Positions 1-12,570 of a stretch of 64,000 bases of DNA are shown here, piece by piece (position 1 is the stretch's first letter; every line of letters starts with the position of its first letter). The notes beneath the pieces were generated by a model. It saw only the letters and a list, made by a program, of their open reading frames with translations, was not told the DNA's origin and searched no databases. Both the position numbers and the translations under genes were made by a program. Source of the DNA: Octopus sinensis (taxonomy: Eukaryota); the NCBI RefSeq assembly GCF_006345805.1, contig NC_043024.1, positions 6,758,001 through 6,822,000 of the forward strand. Reading direction: 5' to 3'.

Positions 1-558
1 GCTTGCTTCCTAACCACATGGTTCCAGGTTCAGTCCCACTGCATAGCACCTTGGACAAGTGTTTTCTACGATAGCCTTGGATCAACAAATGTCTTGTGGA
101 TATGAAGGCTGTCATACACACACATACATACATAAATTCAAATTTAGAAGCACTGAGATGTATTGAAAGATACAGATAAGGAAATGATTTATTATTCAAT
201 GCAGAATAATGCTGATAGAATAGTAGGAACAGGATAAAATATCCATATCTTGCCGAAAAATTTGTCAGCAGCTAGCCATGAGACTCAAACTCACATCCCT
301 TTGATTACTGGTCAAGTGCTTTACCATTAAGCTATACTGCCCACTGACAAATTAATTTGCAATTTTTGAACTTATAAATCTAAATTTATAAGACGTTGTA
401 TGTTAAATTCAGTTGAATACATCCAGCTGGAGAAGATGTCTCCTGGGGCTAAACAACAGCAGCATTCATCCCAACCAGGACTACCACATTAGGTTGGCAA
501 ATAATCTTTACTTTAAAGTTCTGCTACTGAATATCTCTCATTGAAAGATTTAGGAACA

Positions 559-597
<39 letters not shown>

Positions 598-765
598 CTG
601 AGAGTTCACAAAAAAGTAAAAGATGAAGACAGGTGGTGTAGACAACAAACAGATGTATTAATATAATGCTTGGGAAGTGAAAAAGTCTTTAATGTTTTGA
701 GCCTCTGCTCTTCCACTGAAAGAAACAAGGAGAGAAAATAAAGAATATGTAGTGGCTAGCGATAT
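598..765 (-). mobile_element. Penelope-like pseudo-LTR fragment (family A)
   Basis: Similar to 44490-44690 and 10300-10465; carries a hammerhead-like motif at 687-722. Confidence 0.55.
687..722 (-). ncRNA. Degenerate minimal hammerhead ribozyme motif
   Basis: Minus strand reads cttt-CAGTGGA-a-GAGC-agag-GCTC-AAAAC-AT-T-aaag; stems I and II pair, core is mutated. Confidence 0.45.
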
Positions 766-859
766 ATATCCTCCTCCTCCTCCTCCTCTTCCTTCTTCTT
801 CTTCTTGAGCAAGCAAAGGTCCCAGGGAGCAAGGTCTGGAATGTTAAGGAGGATGAGTG

Positions 860-1810
860 GCAGTTGTGATGCCTCTCTCTCTCTCTGTCAAGTAACCAAG
901 ATGGAATTGTGGAGTGGAACGTTGTCCTGATGAAGATGCCATTGAACGAAATGGAAAAGCTTTGGCTTTTCGCAATGAAATCTTTTCTTGAGCTTCCTTA
1001 AAACAACCACAATGTACTCTTTGTTGATTGTCTTGCTAAAAAGAACCCAGGAATACAAATGATATCCTTGCTGCCAAAAAAGAGAACCATCATGCTTTTC
1101 TTATTTGCCTGGCCTCTTTTGCCAGCAGAAAAAAACAAAAAACAAAAACAGATGCTCAGCTGGCATAGGAGTGGCTGTGTGGTAAGTAGCTTGCTTACCA
1201 ACTACATGGTTCTGGGTTCAGTCCCACTGCGTGGCATCTTGGGCAAGTGTCTTTACTATAGCCTTGGGCCAACCAAAGCCTTGTGAGTGGATTTGCTAGA
1301 TGGAAACTGAAAGAAGCCTATCATATATGTGTGTGTGTGTGTGGTGTGTGTGTGTGTGTGTGTGTGTTTGTATGTCTGTGTTTGTCCCGCCCCCAACATT
1401 GCTTGACAACCGATGCTGGTGTGTTTACGTCCCCGTAACTTAGCTGTTTGGCAAAAGAGACTGATAGAATAAGTACTGGGCTTACAAAGAATAAGTCCCG
1501 GGGTTGATTTGCTCGACTAAAGGCGGTGCTCCAGCATGGCCGCAGTCAAATGACTGAAACAAGTAAAAGAGTGAAAGAGAGTAAAGAGTTGATACAAGTT
1601 AATCAACAGGCAATCAAGAGTATTTCATAGGTTTCTGTAGCATTTTTACCCAGTTTAATATAAAACTTGATTGTCTTCATGTCCCAACTGCATTCTGGAA
1701 ATTAGTCAGCAGTGGAAAGCAGTCTTTAGCAGGATGTGTTCAAAGTGCTATAACAGGGGTCTTTTTGAATCTGAAAAGGCAAAAGCTGTCAGGTCAGCTT
1801 ATTGGAAATT
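860..1810 (-). mobile_element. Mariner transposon remnant interrupted by a SINE
   Basis: Minus translation gives IKFYIKLGKNATETYEIL (N-terminal HTH region) and VVLRKLKKRFH...QWHLHQDNVPLH (second catalytic Asp motif). Confidence 0.7.
1163..1590 (+). mobile_element. tRNA-derived SINE, family 1 (CORE-like; resembles described octopus SINEs, name not verified)
   Basis: A box TGGCTGTGTGG, B box GGTTCAGTCCC, CTTGGGCAAGT CORE-like start, internal (TG)n, (AAAGAGT)n-like tail; 15 or more copies in the window. Confidence 0.9.
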
Positions 1811-1821
1811 TAGTAATACTT

Positions 1822-2055
1822 GAAGGCAGGGGGAGCTGGCAGAGACGTTAGTGCCTTGGGCGAAATGCTTAGTGGTATTTCGTCTGCCGTTACGTTCTGA
1901 GTTCAAATTTCGCCGAGGTCAACTTTGCCTTTCATCCTTTCGGGATAGATTAAATAAGTACCAGTGAAATTCTGGGGTTGATATAATCGACTTAATCCCT
2001 TTGTCTGTCCTTGTTTGTCCCTTCTGTGTTTAGCCCCTTGTGGGTAGTAAAGAAA
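1822..2055 (+). mobile_element. tRNA-derived SINE, family 2
   Basis: Head GAGCTGGCAGA...GAGTTCAAAT, then CTTTGCCTTTCATCCTTTCGGG domain; multiple copies. Confidence 0.85.
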
Positions 2056-2304
2056 TATATTAAATTTGAAAATCAGAACGATGACACTAGAGAAACCAAG
2101 AGAAAAACGAGAAAGTGGATGCAAAAAGTGGAATGGTGAATAAAAACGAAAAAAGAAAAATGAAAGAAAATTAGTTATGTCTCCTTGACTGTAAAGCAAT
2201 AATTAAGCTAGTTGTTGTAGAATTATTCAAGGGAGAAAAGGCCAAATTCTGCGACACAGCTGCTCAGTCCGAAGAAATTTTCCCATATGCTTGCATTTAT
2301 TGAA

Positions 2305-2880
2305 AGTCAGCACACCAGGCGAAATGCTTAGCAGTATTTCATCTGCTGTTACGTTCTGAGTTCAAATTCTGCCGAGGTTGACTTTGCCTTTCATCCTTGT
2401 TTGCCTGGCCTCTTTTGCCAGCAGAAAAAAAAAAAAAAAAACAGATGCACAGCTGGCGTAGGAGTGGCTGTGTGGTATGTAGCTTACTTACCAACCACAT
2501 GGTTCTGGGTTCAGTCCCACTGCGTGGCATCTTGGGCAAGTGTCTTCTACTATAGCCTTGGGCCACCAAAGCCTTGTGAGTGGATTTGCTAGATGGAAAA
2601 TGAAAGAAGCCTATCGTATGTGTGTGTGTGTGTGTTTGTATGTCTGTGTTTGTCCCGCCCCCAACATTGCTTGACAACCGATGCTGGTGTGTTTACGTCC
2701 CCGGTCGATTTGCTCAACTAAAGGCGGTGCTCCAGCATGGCCTCAGTCAAATAAATTAAGTCAATAAATTAAGTACCATTGAAACACTGGTGTTGATGTA
2801 ATTGACTTAATCTTTTTGTCTGTCCTTGTTTGTCCCCTCTATGTTTAGCCCCTTATGGGCAATAAAGAAATAAGAAATTT
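2305..2880 (+). mobile_element. Family 2 SINE split by an inserted copy (2400-2752) of 1104-1550
   Basis: SINE 5' half ends at catcctt (2398), 3' half resumes at aataaattaagtacc (about 2763). Confidence 0.75.
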
Positions 2881-2902
2881 AGTAATACTAGACTAAAATT
2901 GT

Positions 2903-3155
2903 GGAAGCGCATGGCTTAGTGGTTAGAGTGTCAGCATCATGATCGTAAGATTGTGGTTTCGATTCCTGGACCAGCTGATGCATTGTATTCTTGAGCAAAA
3001 CACTTCATTTCACATTGCTCCAGTCCACTCAGCTGGCAAAAATGAGTAACGCAGCGATGGACTGGCGTCCCATCCAGCTGGGGAACATATACGCCATAGT
3101 AACCAAGATACCAGGCCCATGAGCCTGGCTAGGCTTTAAAAGGGTGCATTTATTA
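2903..3155 (+). mobile_element. tRNA-derived SINE, family 3
   Basis: TGGCTTAGTGG A box, GGTTTCGATTCC B box, GCGATGGACTGGCGTCCCATCCAG segment; related copies at 9735-9905 and 25690-26000. Confidence 0.8.
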
Positions 3156-3581
3156 TTTTATACTAAAGTTACTATAATCCAGGGCAGTTATAACTGTCTC
3201 TCCTAAGAGAAAAAACAATCTTCAGGTTAATTAAAGTACGTCTGTGATACCTTTTTAACTTGCAAAGGCAAATTCACTGCAGTTACTGAAGAGAAAAAGT
3301 TCCCTCTTCTGGTAAAGACTGTATAAACACCCATGTCAGTTTTGTGCCCTCGTCTAGCAGATTCCCAGGTGCATGTTTTTGTCTCTTTAGTCTCTTCCTG
3401 GAAAATACTAAAGAGAGATAACGGTTATCTCTCTGAGGTCGATTTGTTCAACTAAACTCTTCAAGGAAGTGTCACAGCATGGCCTCAGTCCAATGTCTGA
3501 GACAAAAGATAAATGATAAAAGATATAATACACATATATACAGACACACACACACGCACGCACACACACACACACAAACAC

Positions 3582-3612
<31 letters not shown>

Positions 3613-3668
3613 CACATACATACACACATATATATATATCTACACACACACACATATGTATGTATGTA

Positions 3669-5479
3669 TGTTTTATATCCTTATATTGGATATATAAGAT
3701 AATGAAGCAGGGGAAAGAAGGTATATGCATGACACACTACTGTTACTATTACACGAGACTCAATGCTCTACATGAAAGGCTCACAGTGAACTGCTACCAA
3801 CACGAGCTACCAGTTGCTCACAGTTCTTTATTTTATAATAATGAGTCAGTCCACCTTTTAGTTACTTGAGGGGTGGTCAGAATACTTCCACAATATCTTC
3901 CCTTTTTAGAATCAGTCTCCCCTATCTTCTCCCCTTTTGAGAATTGAACTCCAAGTTTTAATATCTCTTATGTTTAGGGTTAAATTCCAGTGTTTCCATT
4001 TTTTCCCGTTTTCTGGTGCTAGAATGTGTAGTTTCAAATTGTTTGGGTGTTGGTACCTCAAACGTGTCGTACTATGCTTCCATAGGGATTTCATTTCTCG
4101 TGACTGTTCGTTCTATGAATCTGTGTTAATTATTGAGATGTCGCTGCCTGTAACCAATTGTAACTTTACATTTGTATTATGAATTTTTACATGCACAAAT
4201 TTCCTTTGAGGCTTTGAATACATTTTTTGTCACTGATAATCCATTTACACGATTTTTTTCTGTTGAACCATTTTTTAGTTTCTGTCCTACAATACAACTT
4301 TTTATGGCCTATTTTATCACACTTGTAGCATTTTATATTCTTAACCAGATAGTTATTTTTAAAATGTAGACCATCATACCCACCATAACATGGATTTGAT
4401 CACAATATTATTTTGTCTATTTTCTTATTCATTACTGGTCAACATGCCTGAGTCTGAGAACAGTCTTACTTTTCAATTTTATTTGAATCATGTAGATTAA
4501 TAATCCTCTCACATTCTTCTGCTACTGCCTGTACAGTTAAATTTTGGTCCTGTTCTAATTTAGTAATATCCAGGAACGTATTTCTGCATCTTTGTTTGCA
4601 GTAAGACCTTGAACAAAAATTAAAGACTCAAACATGTCTGGAGTCAACTCATTCAATTTGAATTTCTCACACTCTCTGTTAATTACTCCAGCATAGGTGA
4701 CAAAATCTTCATCATCTTTTTTGATCAGATTTAAATATTGCCAGCAAGTATTGAACTGGGAACTTCTTTCACTGAAAATTTTCAATAAAATATTAATTGT
4801 TCCATTGAAACAAATCTCACCTGGCTTCTTTGGTACAATATGATTTCTATTTTTTTTGTGTGTGTGTTTGGCAGGAGATAACTTTCTTAAAAGTAGTCAT
4901 CCTTTTTTCTTGCCTGACCAACTTTTACACTCTTCTCTGAAGATTTCTTCATATCTACGAAAATATGCAGAGAAGGTAATACTTACCCCTGGTTTGTATT
5001 TGAATTCTCCAATTGAGTTTGCTACGCTGTCTGATGAGTACAAACCTGAAGTATTTTCAGACTTCTTCAACATTACTTCCATCAACTTTTGGTTTTGTTG
5101 TTGTTGCTGTTGTAGTTTCTGCTGCTGCAGTTGCTGTTGCAACTGCACCATGGAGGCCAATAAGTTCTCCATGTTAAACAATTTTTTCTTTGGTTTTGTA
5201 CCCCCAAAAATTTTTTTGTAAATGTCCAACACAAGCTTCAAACAACATGTCCCCACTTTTATATCCTTATATTGGATATATAATATAATGAAGCAGGGGA
5301 GAAGAAAGTACATACACAATGCACTACTATTACTATTACTTGAGACTGAACACTGGATATGAAAGGCTCACAGTGAACTGCTACCAACACGAGCTACCAG
5401 TTGCTCACAGTTTTTTGTTTTATAATAATGAGTCAGTCCACCTTTTAGTCACTTGAGGGATGGTCAGAATCCTTCCACA
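3669..5479 (-). mobile_element. Internally deleted Ty3/gypsy LTR retrotransposon
   Basis: Direct repeats at 3669-3892 and about 5257-5479 (TG start on minus; 3' LTR ends CA), polypurine tract AAAAAGGGAAGA beside the 3' LTR, frameshifted Gag, integrase C-terminal-like remnant; no RT or RNase H. Confidence 0.85.
4555..5172 (-). pseudogene. Frameshifted retrotransposon Gag with poly-Q
   Basis: MENLLASMVQLQQQ...FSAYFRRYEEIFREEC and KIFSERSSQFNTCWQYLNLIKKDDEDFVTYAGVINRECEKFKLNELTPDMFESLIFVQGL, typical of gypsy (K02A2.6-like) Gag. Confidence 0.75.
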
Positions 5480-5824
5480 ACGGTATGTAAAGATGATAAA
5501 TTTTTAAGTATAAATATATAAATATTTATGTTATTATGTCCAGGGTACAAACGACAGAAAAAATTAAAGGAGTGGAAAAAAGGTGCTAGATGTCCAACAG
5601 CTGTTTCTGGGAGCTTGGAGAGCCGTAATAATGCTGGTAGATGGGGCCACATGGATACAATCAACATTGGACAAGACAAGCTTCCACCATCAAATCATTT
5701 CAGGTGTTAATGCTATGGGGAAATGATACCTTACTTGGAAATGGGTGAGTGTTGGCAACAGGAGGAGCATCCAGCTGTATGAAATCTGCCCCCACAAATT
5801 CCGAGTAATGAGTATAAACATGGA

Positions 5825-6490
5825 AGAGTGAATGTTAAAAGATGACAGTGGTGATAATGATGATGATGATGATGATGATGGTGGTGGTGTTGGTGGTGTT
5901 GGTGGTGTTGGTGGTGGTGGTGGTGGTGGTGGTGGTGGTGGTGGTGGTGGTGGTGAACCAAGTAATGTGAATGATTAATTGGATGCTGAGCTTTTAAAAA
6001 TAAAACATTGAAAACTAGTTTGGGATAGGAGAGACAAGTGTGTGTGTGTGTGTGTGTGAGTGTGTGTGTGTGGAAGTGCGTGTGTGTACGTGTGTGTGCA
6101 CATGTGTGTGTGCACATGTGTGTGTGCACATGTGTGTGTGGGGGTGAGTGTGTGTGTGTGTGCATGCGTGAATGTGTGTTTGTATATGTGTGTGTCTGCA
6201 TGTCTGTGTGTGTGTGAGTGTGTGTCAGTATGAGTGTGTGTTTGTGGGTATATATGCATGTGTGTGTGTGCATGTGTTTGCCTAAGAGTGTTCCTGTGTT
6301 TGTATGTGTGTGTGTGTATGTGTACGTGCATGTGGGTGTGTACATGTGAGTATGTGTTTGTGGGTGTGTGAATGTGCATTTGTATGTAAGCATGTGTATG
6401 TATGTCTCCATGAATGAACATGTGTGTGTGTACATCTGCATGCATGCGTGCGTGCGTACATGTGCACCTGTCTGTCTGTCTGTCCCTGTG
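5825..6490. repeat. Compound (GAT)n/(GGT)n and degenerate (TG)n microsatellites
   Basis: Direct inspection. Confidence 0.95.
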
Positions 6491-6849
6491 TCCATTCTGT
6501 CTATTTCTACAATATCTGAATACCATCATTCTCTTTCATACACCGATTCACCTACAATCACTTTCTCATGTTTAACTCCAGGTATTTAGCTGCTATTTCA
6601 TGCATGAATGGATCAAAGTATTTCTATCAATGGAAATACATAATAAGAAAAGCCATGCAAGACTTATTTACGCTAAAAACATTCAAGTTAAACTTTTGTG
6701 ACTGAATTTTGTGAGATGAAGTGAATGAAATACTGAGGGCATTGTGCAAAGTGCAAATTCTTAACAAAAAGTGGCCATCAGTGTGTTAACCCGTGGGAAA
6801 ACATTAAAAGGTAATTTTTTATGTTTATATTTGTGTCAGTCATTAGATT

Positions 6850-7268
6850 ATCGCCATGCTGGGGCGCCGCCTTGAAGCACTTGACCTTTATTCTCTAGAA
6901 AAACGACGATGCCGTGCTGATTTCATTCTCGCTCACAACATCGTAAGCGGAAAGTGTAACCTCTCGAAAGAGCTGTTCTTCACTCCTGCTCCAGAGCGTC
7001 GGCTGCGGGGTCACTCCGAAAAGCTCTATCTGCAACAATTTCATCTCAATCGAAGGAGAGGGGCTTCTCCGTCCGAGTTGCGGTTCCGTGGAATAAGCTG
7101 CCAGATGAGATAGTGAAGATGCCGACGACTGCTCAGTTCAAAGTCTCCCTTGACCACAAATGGCCTGAACTCTTTACATGAACACCACCCTGTACATAAC
7201 TCCATGTCCCCCTACATGGCCTTGCTTTTGCTTTTTGAACCAAAAAATTAACTTAACTTAACTTAACT
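6850..7268 (+). mobile_element. CR1/L2-group LINE 3' end
   Basis: RLEALDLYSLEKRRCRADFI...RLRGHSEKL...(frameshift)...VRVAVPWNKLP C-terminal motif; (TAACT)n tail. Confidence 0.8.
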
Positions 7269-7289
7269 TCAGGACAAGTGAATTGACCC

Positions 7290-7625
7290 CCAGTACTTTT
7301 TTTTTTTTTTTAAACTCAGTATTTATTCTGTCAGTCTCTTTTGCTAAACCACTAAGTCACAGGGAAGTAAACAAATCAGCACTAGTCATCAAGCAGTGTA
7401 TGGGGGTAGGGGAGGGGACGAAGACTGACATGAAGACACACACGTAGATGTATATATGTATATACGATGGGCTTCTTTCAGTTTCCACCTACCAAATCCA
7501 CTCACAAGGCTTTGGCCAGCCTGAGGCTATAGTAGAAGACACTTACCCAAGGTCCCACACAATGGGACTGAATCTTGAACCACGTAGTTGAGAAGCAAGC
7601 TTCTTACCACACAGCCACGCCTGTG
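7290..7625 (-). mobile_element. SINE family 1
   Basis: Reverse complement of the family 1 consensus. Confidence 0.85.
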
Positions 7626-7849
7626 CCCATATATGCTATTAAAAATACTACCTCATATAACAGGGTCCGCCGCTGGACTCCCTCGTTGCGTCAGTGAATG
7701 TGGAGGGTTCAACAAGAGACAGTTATAAGCAACCATCACACTATGGCTGCCTGTGTTTGAAGTCAGAGCTGAAGACTTCTAGTAGCATCTTCTACCTGTC
7801 CCCATCACCTCTTTCCCTATCACTTCCTATCACCACTAGACTTTTGAAA

Positions 7850-8235
7850 TGATAACAGTGGTGGAGGGAGTTTTGAAAGTGTAGTTGCTAGGATAAGAAT
7901 GGGCTGTGCAAAGTTCAGAGAGCTTCTACCTTTGTTGGTAACTAAGAGCCTCTCCCTCAGAATGAAAGCCAGATTGTAATGATGCCTGTTTACATACAGC
8001 TATGTCACTTGGCAGTGAAACATGGGCTTCGACTACAGAGGACTTACAGATGCTTTGAAAAAGAAACCAGCATTCTCTGCTGGATGGGTAATGTCAGTAT
8101 GAACAGCAGAGAGTAAATGATTTAAGAGGAAAACTGGGTATAAGAGGCATCAGATGTTGTGTGTAAGAGAGAAGACTGAACTGGTTTTGTCATGGAATGT
8201 TTTTGAGATGAGTGGGGAGTTGAAAGTATAGAAAA
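7850..8235 (+). mobile_element. RTE LINE fragment (RT C-terminal part, degraded)
   Basis: Matches 62440-62760 (ARIR...KFRELLPLLVTK...GSETWA). Confidence 0.75.
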
Positions 8236-8244
8236 TCAACAAAG

Positions 8245-8650
8245 GTGTAGGAGTGGCTGTGTGGTATGTAGCTTGCTTACCAACCACATGGTTCTGGGTT
8301 CAGTCCCACTGCGGAGCACCTTGGGCAAGTGTCTTTTACTATAGCCTCGGGCCGACCAAAGCCTTGTGAGTAGATTTGGTAGGCGGAAACTGAAAGAAGC
8401 CTGTCATATATATGTATGTATGTGTGTATGTGTGTGTTTCTATGTCTGTTTTTGTCCCCCCAACATCACATGACAACCGATGCTGGTGTGTTTACGTCCC
8501 TGTAACTTAGCGGTTCAGCAAAGTGAGACTGATAGAATAACTGCTAAGCTTACATAGAATAAGTCCTGGGGTTGATTTGCTCGACTAAAAATGGTGCTCC
8601 AGCATGGTCACAGTCAAATGACTGAAACAAGTAAAAGAGTAAAAGAGTAA
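8245..8650 (+). mobile_element. SINE family 1
   Basis: Near full-length copy. Confidence 0.9.
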
Positions 8651-9019
8651 AGGAGTTGTGACTGCTAGTTGTTGAGAAGACTGGTGGAATTTATCTGAAA
8701 AGGTGGGCATTAACCTAAATAATATTTCATTGATAATACTGTGTAACAAACTTTTATATATATTTTTTGTCTTTGGTCAGTAAATGTTATTTCTTATTTG
8801 CTTCTATCTAAAAATCAAAGGAAATAGCTACTATTCCCTTCAATCTTTGCAAAACATCAACGTTTTCAAACTGACCAATTTTCCATTACATTTCAAAGAT
8901 TCATTGCTGAGTTGCTGAAGCAGAAATATCATTATAGCAAATATTCTGCTCAACACAACAGGTTTGCTTGTCAGTTGTTAAAAGGGGATGATTATGAGTC
9001 CCTTACGAGTCTTTTTTTA

Positions 9020-9290
9020 CCTGGCCTCCTGTACCAATGAGAAAGAGATGCTCAGCTTTTACAAGTTAATCCATGACCAGTCTGGAGCACTTCTTAAGTT
9101 TCTCTAACATTTTTACCCAGCTCAATACAAAGCTTTATTGCATAACAAGCTCCCAAACATTCCAGCGGCGTCCTGCAAACTACTCGGTTGTTTAGTAGGG
9201 TGTGTTCAGGGTGTGTTCAGGGTGCTGTTACAGGGGTCTCCTTCAAGCTGGAATAACAAAAGTCAGCTTATTAGATATATAATAATGGAT
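9020..9290 (-). mobile_element. Mariner 5' remnant
   Basis: Homologous to 1105-1160 and 1600-1810; IKLCIELGKNVRET. Confidence 0.6.
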
Positions 9291-9409
9291 ATACTAAAAT
9301 TACAATTATCTCAGGTAGTTCTAACTGCCTCTCCTAGAAAAGTCTGAAAACTTCTGGAATACACCTCATGTGTGTGTGTGTGTGAGAGAGACAGATAGAC
9401 AGACAGACG

Positions 9410-9445
<36 letters not shown>

Positions 9446-9734
9446 CATAGATAGATAGATTGATAGATAGTTACACAGATAGATTATAGAAAATGGAATG
9501 AACAACATTTCTTTACTTAGAATCACTACAATTGTTTCAACACATTTTTACACCTGTAGTACGTTGTTGAGATGTTGCATAATCTTTATCATACATCCAA
9601 GGTGTAAATTGCACTTCCTTGGGTGCCAATGAAGTCTAATAAGACCAAAATATGGCCAGAGTTACCTCCCATACTTACAGAAGTGATTAAAATAATGCTA
9701 GCCATTGAGCTAATGTTGACTTTCTCTTATCATA

Positions 9735-9905
9735 TCAGTAAAAGGGTGAAGGGTAAAGACCCCCTTCAGTCATTTCTACAGCTGAGTGCACTGGAGCAAC
9801 ATGAAAATAAAGTGTCTTGCTCAAGAACACTACAGAACCCAGTCTAGGAATCAAACTTGCTATCTCCTGATTGTGAGCCCAATGCACTAACCACTGAGCC
9901 ATGCA
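9735..9905 (-). mobile_element. SINE family 3 fragment
   Basis: Reverse complement of the head and body of 2903-3155. Confidence 0.65.
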
Positions 9906-10341
9906 CCTGCATACACTTCAGCACAAATTTGATTTTTGATATATGCTACATAACAGATGGTAGGGTTAAACTGATTATCGTTTGTCATGGTAATAGCATC
10001 ACTGAGTAATTAATCTTAGTGATTAATTTTTTATTTTTCTGATGACAGTAAATAGGTTGTTGATGAGTTCATGAGGGACAGGCACAATGGATGCTGCAAG
10101 ATCTTCTGAACGGAAACTGTAATAATCAGACCAACAGACAGACATGTGAACAGAGAGACAGACAGACAGACAGACAAGTAAATAAGAAAAGAGACAGAAA
10201 GACTGACATACAGACAGACAAGCAGACACATAGGTAGATAAATAGTTATTTATATATAATTATATATACATATATATTTCATCATGTCAAGCTATTCATC
10301 CCTACACATTTATTTTCTGTCTCCATTTTCTCGTCTCAACC

Positions 10342-10377
10342 CTTCTTGTTGACGAGTACAGACTCAAAATATCAAAG
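10342..10377 (+). ncRNA. Degenerate minimal hammerhead motif in a family A Penelope pLTR (10300-10465)
   Basis: cttc-TTGTTGA-c-GAGT-acag-ACTC-AAAAT-AT-C-aaag; stem II covaries with GAGC/GCTC in other copies. Confidence 0.45.
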
Positions 10378-10578
10378 ATTTTTCCTTTCTTCCTGAGAAT
10401 CAAACTAATACACCTGCTTGTTATTACTTCACCTGTCTTCGTCTTTTGTTTTCTGTAAATTTGAACTTGATAGATAGATAGATAGATAGATAGATAGTAG
10501 ATAGATAGATAGATAGACAGACAGAGAGACAGACAGGCAGGCAGACAGAGAGATAGATAGATAGAGAGATAGAGTGAC

Positions 10579-10635
<57 letters not shown>

Positions 10636-11586
10636 TGTAGATATGTTTCTTTATTAGCCACACAGGGCTGCACACAGATAGAACAAATTACAAGGTAGAG
10701 CTTTTCTTTTGGGGGTAAAAAAAAAGGAGAGTGGTGGTTTTCGATCAAAAGGGATCGTAAAGGGAAAGAAAAAGGACAAAAAAAGGGGAGGGGTTAAAAA
10801 AAGGGGGGGAGAGAAAAAAAAATGAATAATAGGGATCGTTATCACAGAAATGTCAATATGAAGTGTAAAGGGGAGGACAGGTGAGGTTTACTTGTGGAAA
10901 GAAAAGCCTACGGAAAAGACCACGGTAACCTCGGTCAATGAAGTCACATGTTATATTTCTTTTTTTTTTTTTTGCAAATAAGCAACTCTCTGTATTAATT
11001 TTTATGGTTCATAGAATCATAGTCAAGGTGGCTTCGTCATTCATATGTGCCATCCTTGCTACATTCACCCATCTTTTTTTAAAACATTCACTAGACAAAA
11101 CTTGCCTCTCTACTCTCACTTTCCTCTTCAAGTGATACTTGAAGAAGTTGATGAGAGATTGACCAGAGAGGAAAGTGTTTGTCTCTAATCCTTTCAGGCG
11201 CGTCCACCAGATACATTCTTTCGCCATAGCCACAAGCATGATAAAAATAGCTCTTCCTTCCCGTTTGAAAGAAGGAGGCGTGACGATATTAACGATAGAC
11301 TCGGCTGATAAACCGACACATCCCACACGTGACAGCAGTCGTTCGACACAAGCCCACAGGTCGGAAATTGCTGGACACTGCACGATTGCGTGCAGAGCGG
11401 TTTCGTCGCTCTGCCCGCATCTCGGGCAGGTCGGCCCCGTGTTTCTCGAGCCATGCCTATAGAGCTTATCCCGAACGGGTAGCGCTTCTCGGTAGCCCCG
11501 CCAGGCCAGGGATCTCTGGAAGTTGTCCATAGGTCCCGGGCCGAAAGTCGTTTGAAACAGGCGGGTCAGGTATTCCTCGTCGACTG
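10636..11586 (-). mobile_element. Tx1/L1-clade LINE, 5'-truncated (ORF2 C-terminus with zinc finger plus 3' UTR)
   Basis: ORF ...ALPVRDKLYRHG...TCPRCGQSDETALHAIVQCPAISDLW (CCHC zf-RVT-like); AATAAA just before the 3' end; flanked on both sides by (GATA)n. Confidence 0.85.
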
Positions 11587-11602
11587 TAGATAGGTAGATA
11601 GG

Positions 11603-11661
<59 letters not shown>

Positions 11662-11689
11662 GTAGATAGATAGATAGATAGATGTGTAT

Positions 11690-12570
11690 GTACATGTGTA
11701 TATGCAAGTGTCTCTATGTGTGTGCATCAGGATGTGCATGTATCTGTGTGCGCAAATGTCTGTGTGTTTGCATGTGTGTGTGTATTAGGATGTGTGTGTA
11801 TGTGTGTGTGAGTGTCTATAAATGTGTGTGTACATCAGGATGTGTGTGTGCAAGTATCTCTAAATATTGTGCGTGCAGGTGTGTGTGAGCACCAGGATGT
11901 GTGAATGTGCACATGTGAGTGTCTGTAAGTGTGTGTGTGTGCATGTGTGAGCTTGCATCAGGATGTGTGTGCATGTATGTGTGTGTGTGTGTGAATGTCT
12001 GGAAGTGAATATTTGCATGTGTGTGGTGTGTGTGTATGTGCAAGTGTCTGTGAGTGCATGTGTGTCCCTGAGTATGCGTGTGTGAGCACCTGTAAGTGAG
12101 TGTTTGCATGCGTTTGTGCATGTGTGTGTTTGTGCATGTGTGTGCATGTATGTGTCTGTGTGTATGTGTGTATGCGAGCATCTATAACAGTGTGTGTGTG
12201 TGCATCAGGACGTGTGTGTGTGTATGTGTGCATGCGAGAGTCTATAAGTGTGTTTGTGTACATGTGTCTGTCTGCATGCATCAGGATGTATGTGTATGAG
12301 TGTGTGAAAGTGTCTGTAAGTGTGTGTTTGCTTGTGTGTGTGTGTGCGTGTTTTTGCATTAGGATGTGTGAGTGCATGTCTATATGCAAGTGTCTGTAAG
12401 TGTGTGTGTGTGTGTGGCATCAGGATGTGTGTGAGTGTTAGGATGTGCATGTGTGTATATGTGTATGCGTACGTTGTTTGTATACATCAGCAAGTTGAAC
12501 GTGTCTGTGTATGCATGCGTGAGTGTGTGTGCGTGTGTGTGTGTGTGTGTGGTGCGTGTGTGTGTGTGTG
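11690..12570. repeat. Degenerate (TG)n tract with recurring CATCAGGATGTG motif
   Basis: About 10 copies of CA(T/C)(C/T)AGGATGTG. Confidence 0.8.

Noticed and set aside
5731-6529. Long His/Thr-rich ORFs (254 aa and 184 aa)
   Set aside because: Translations of (CA)n and (CAC)n microsatellites
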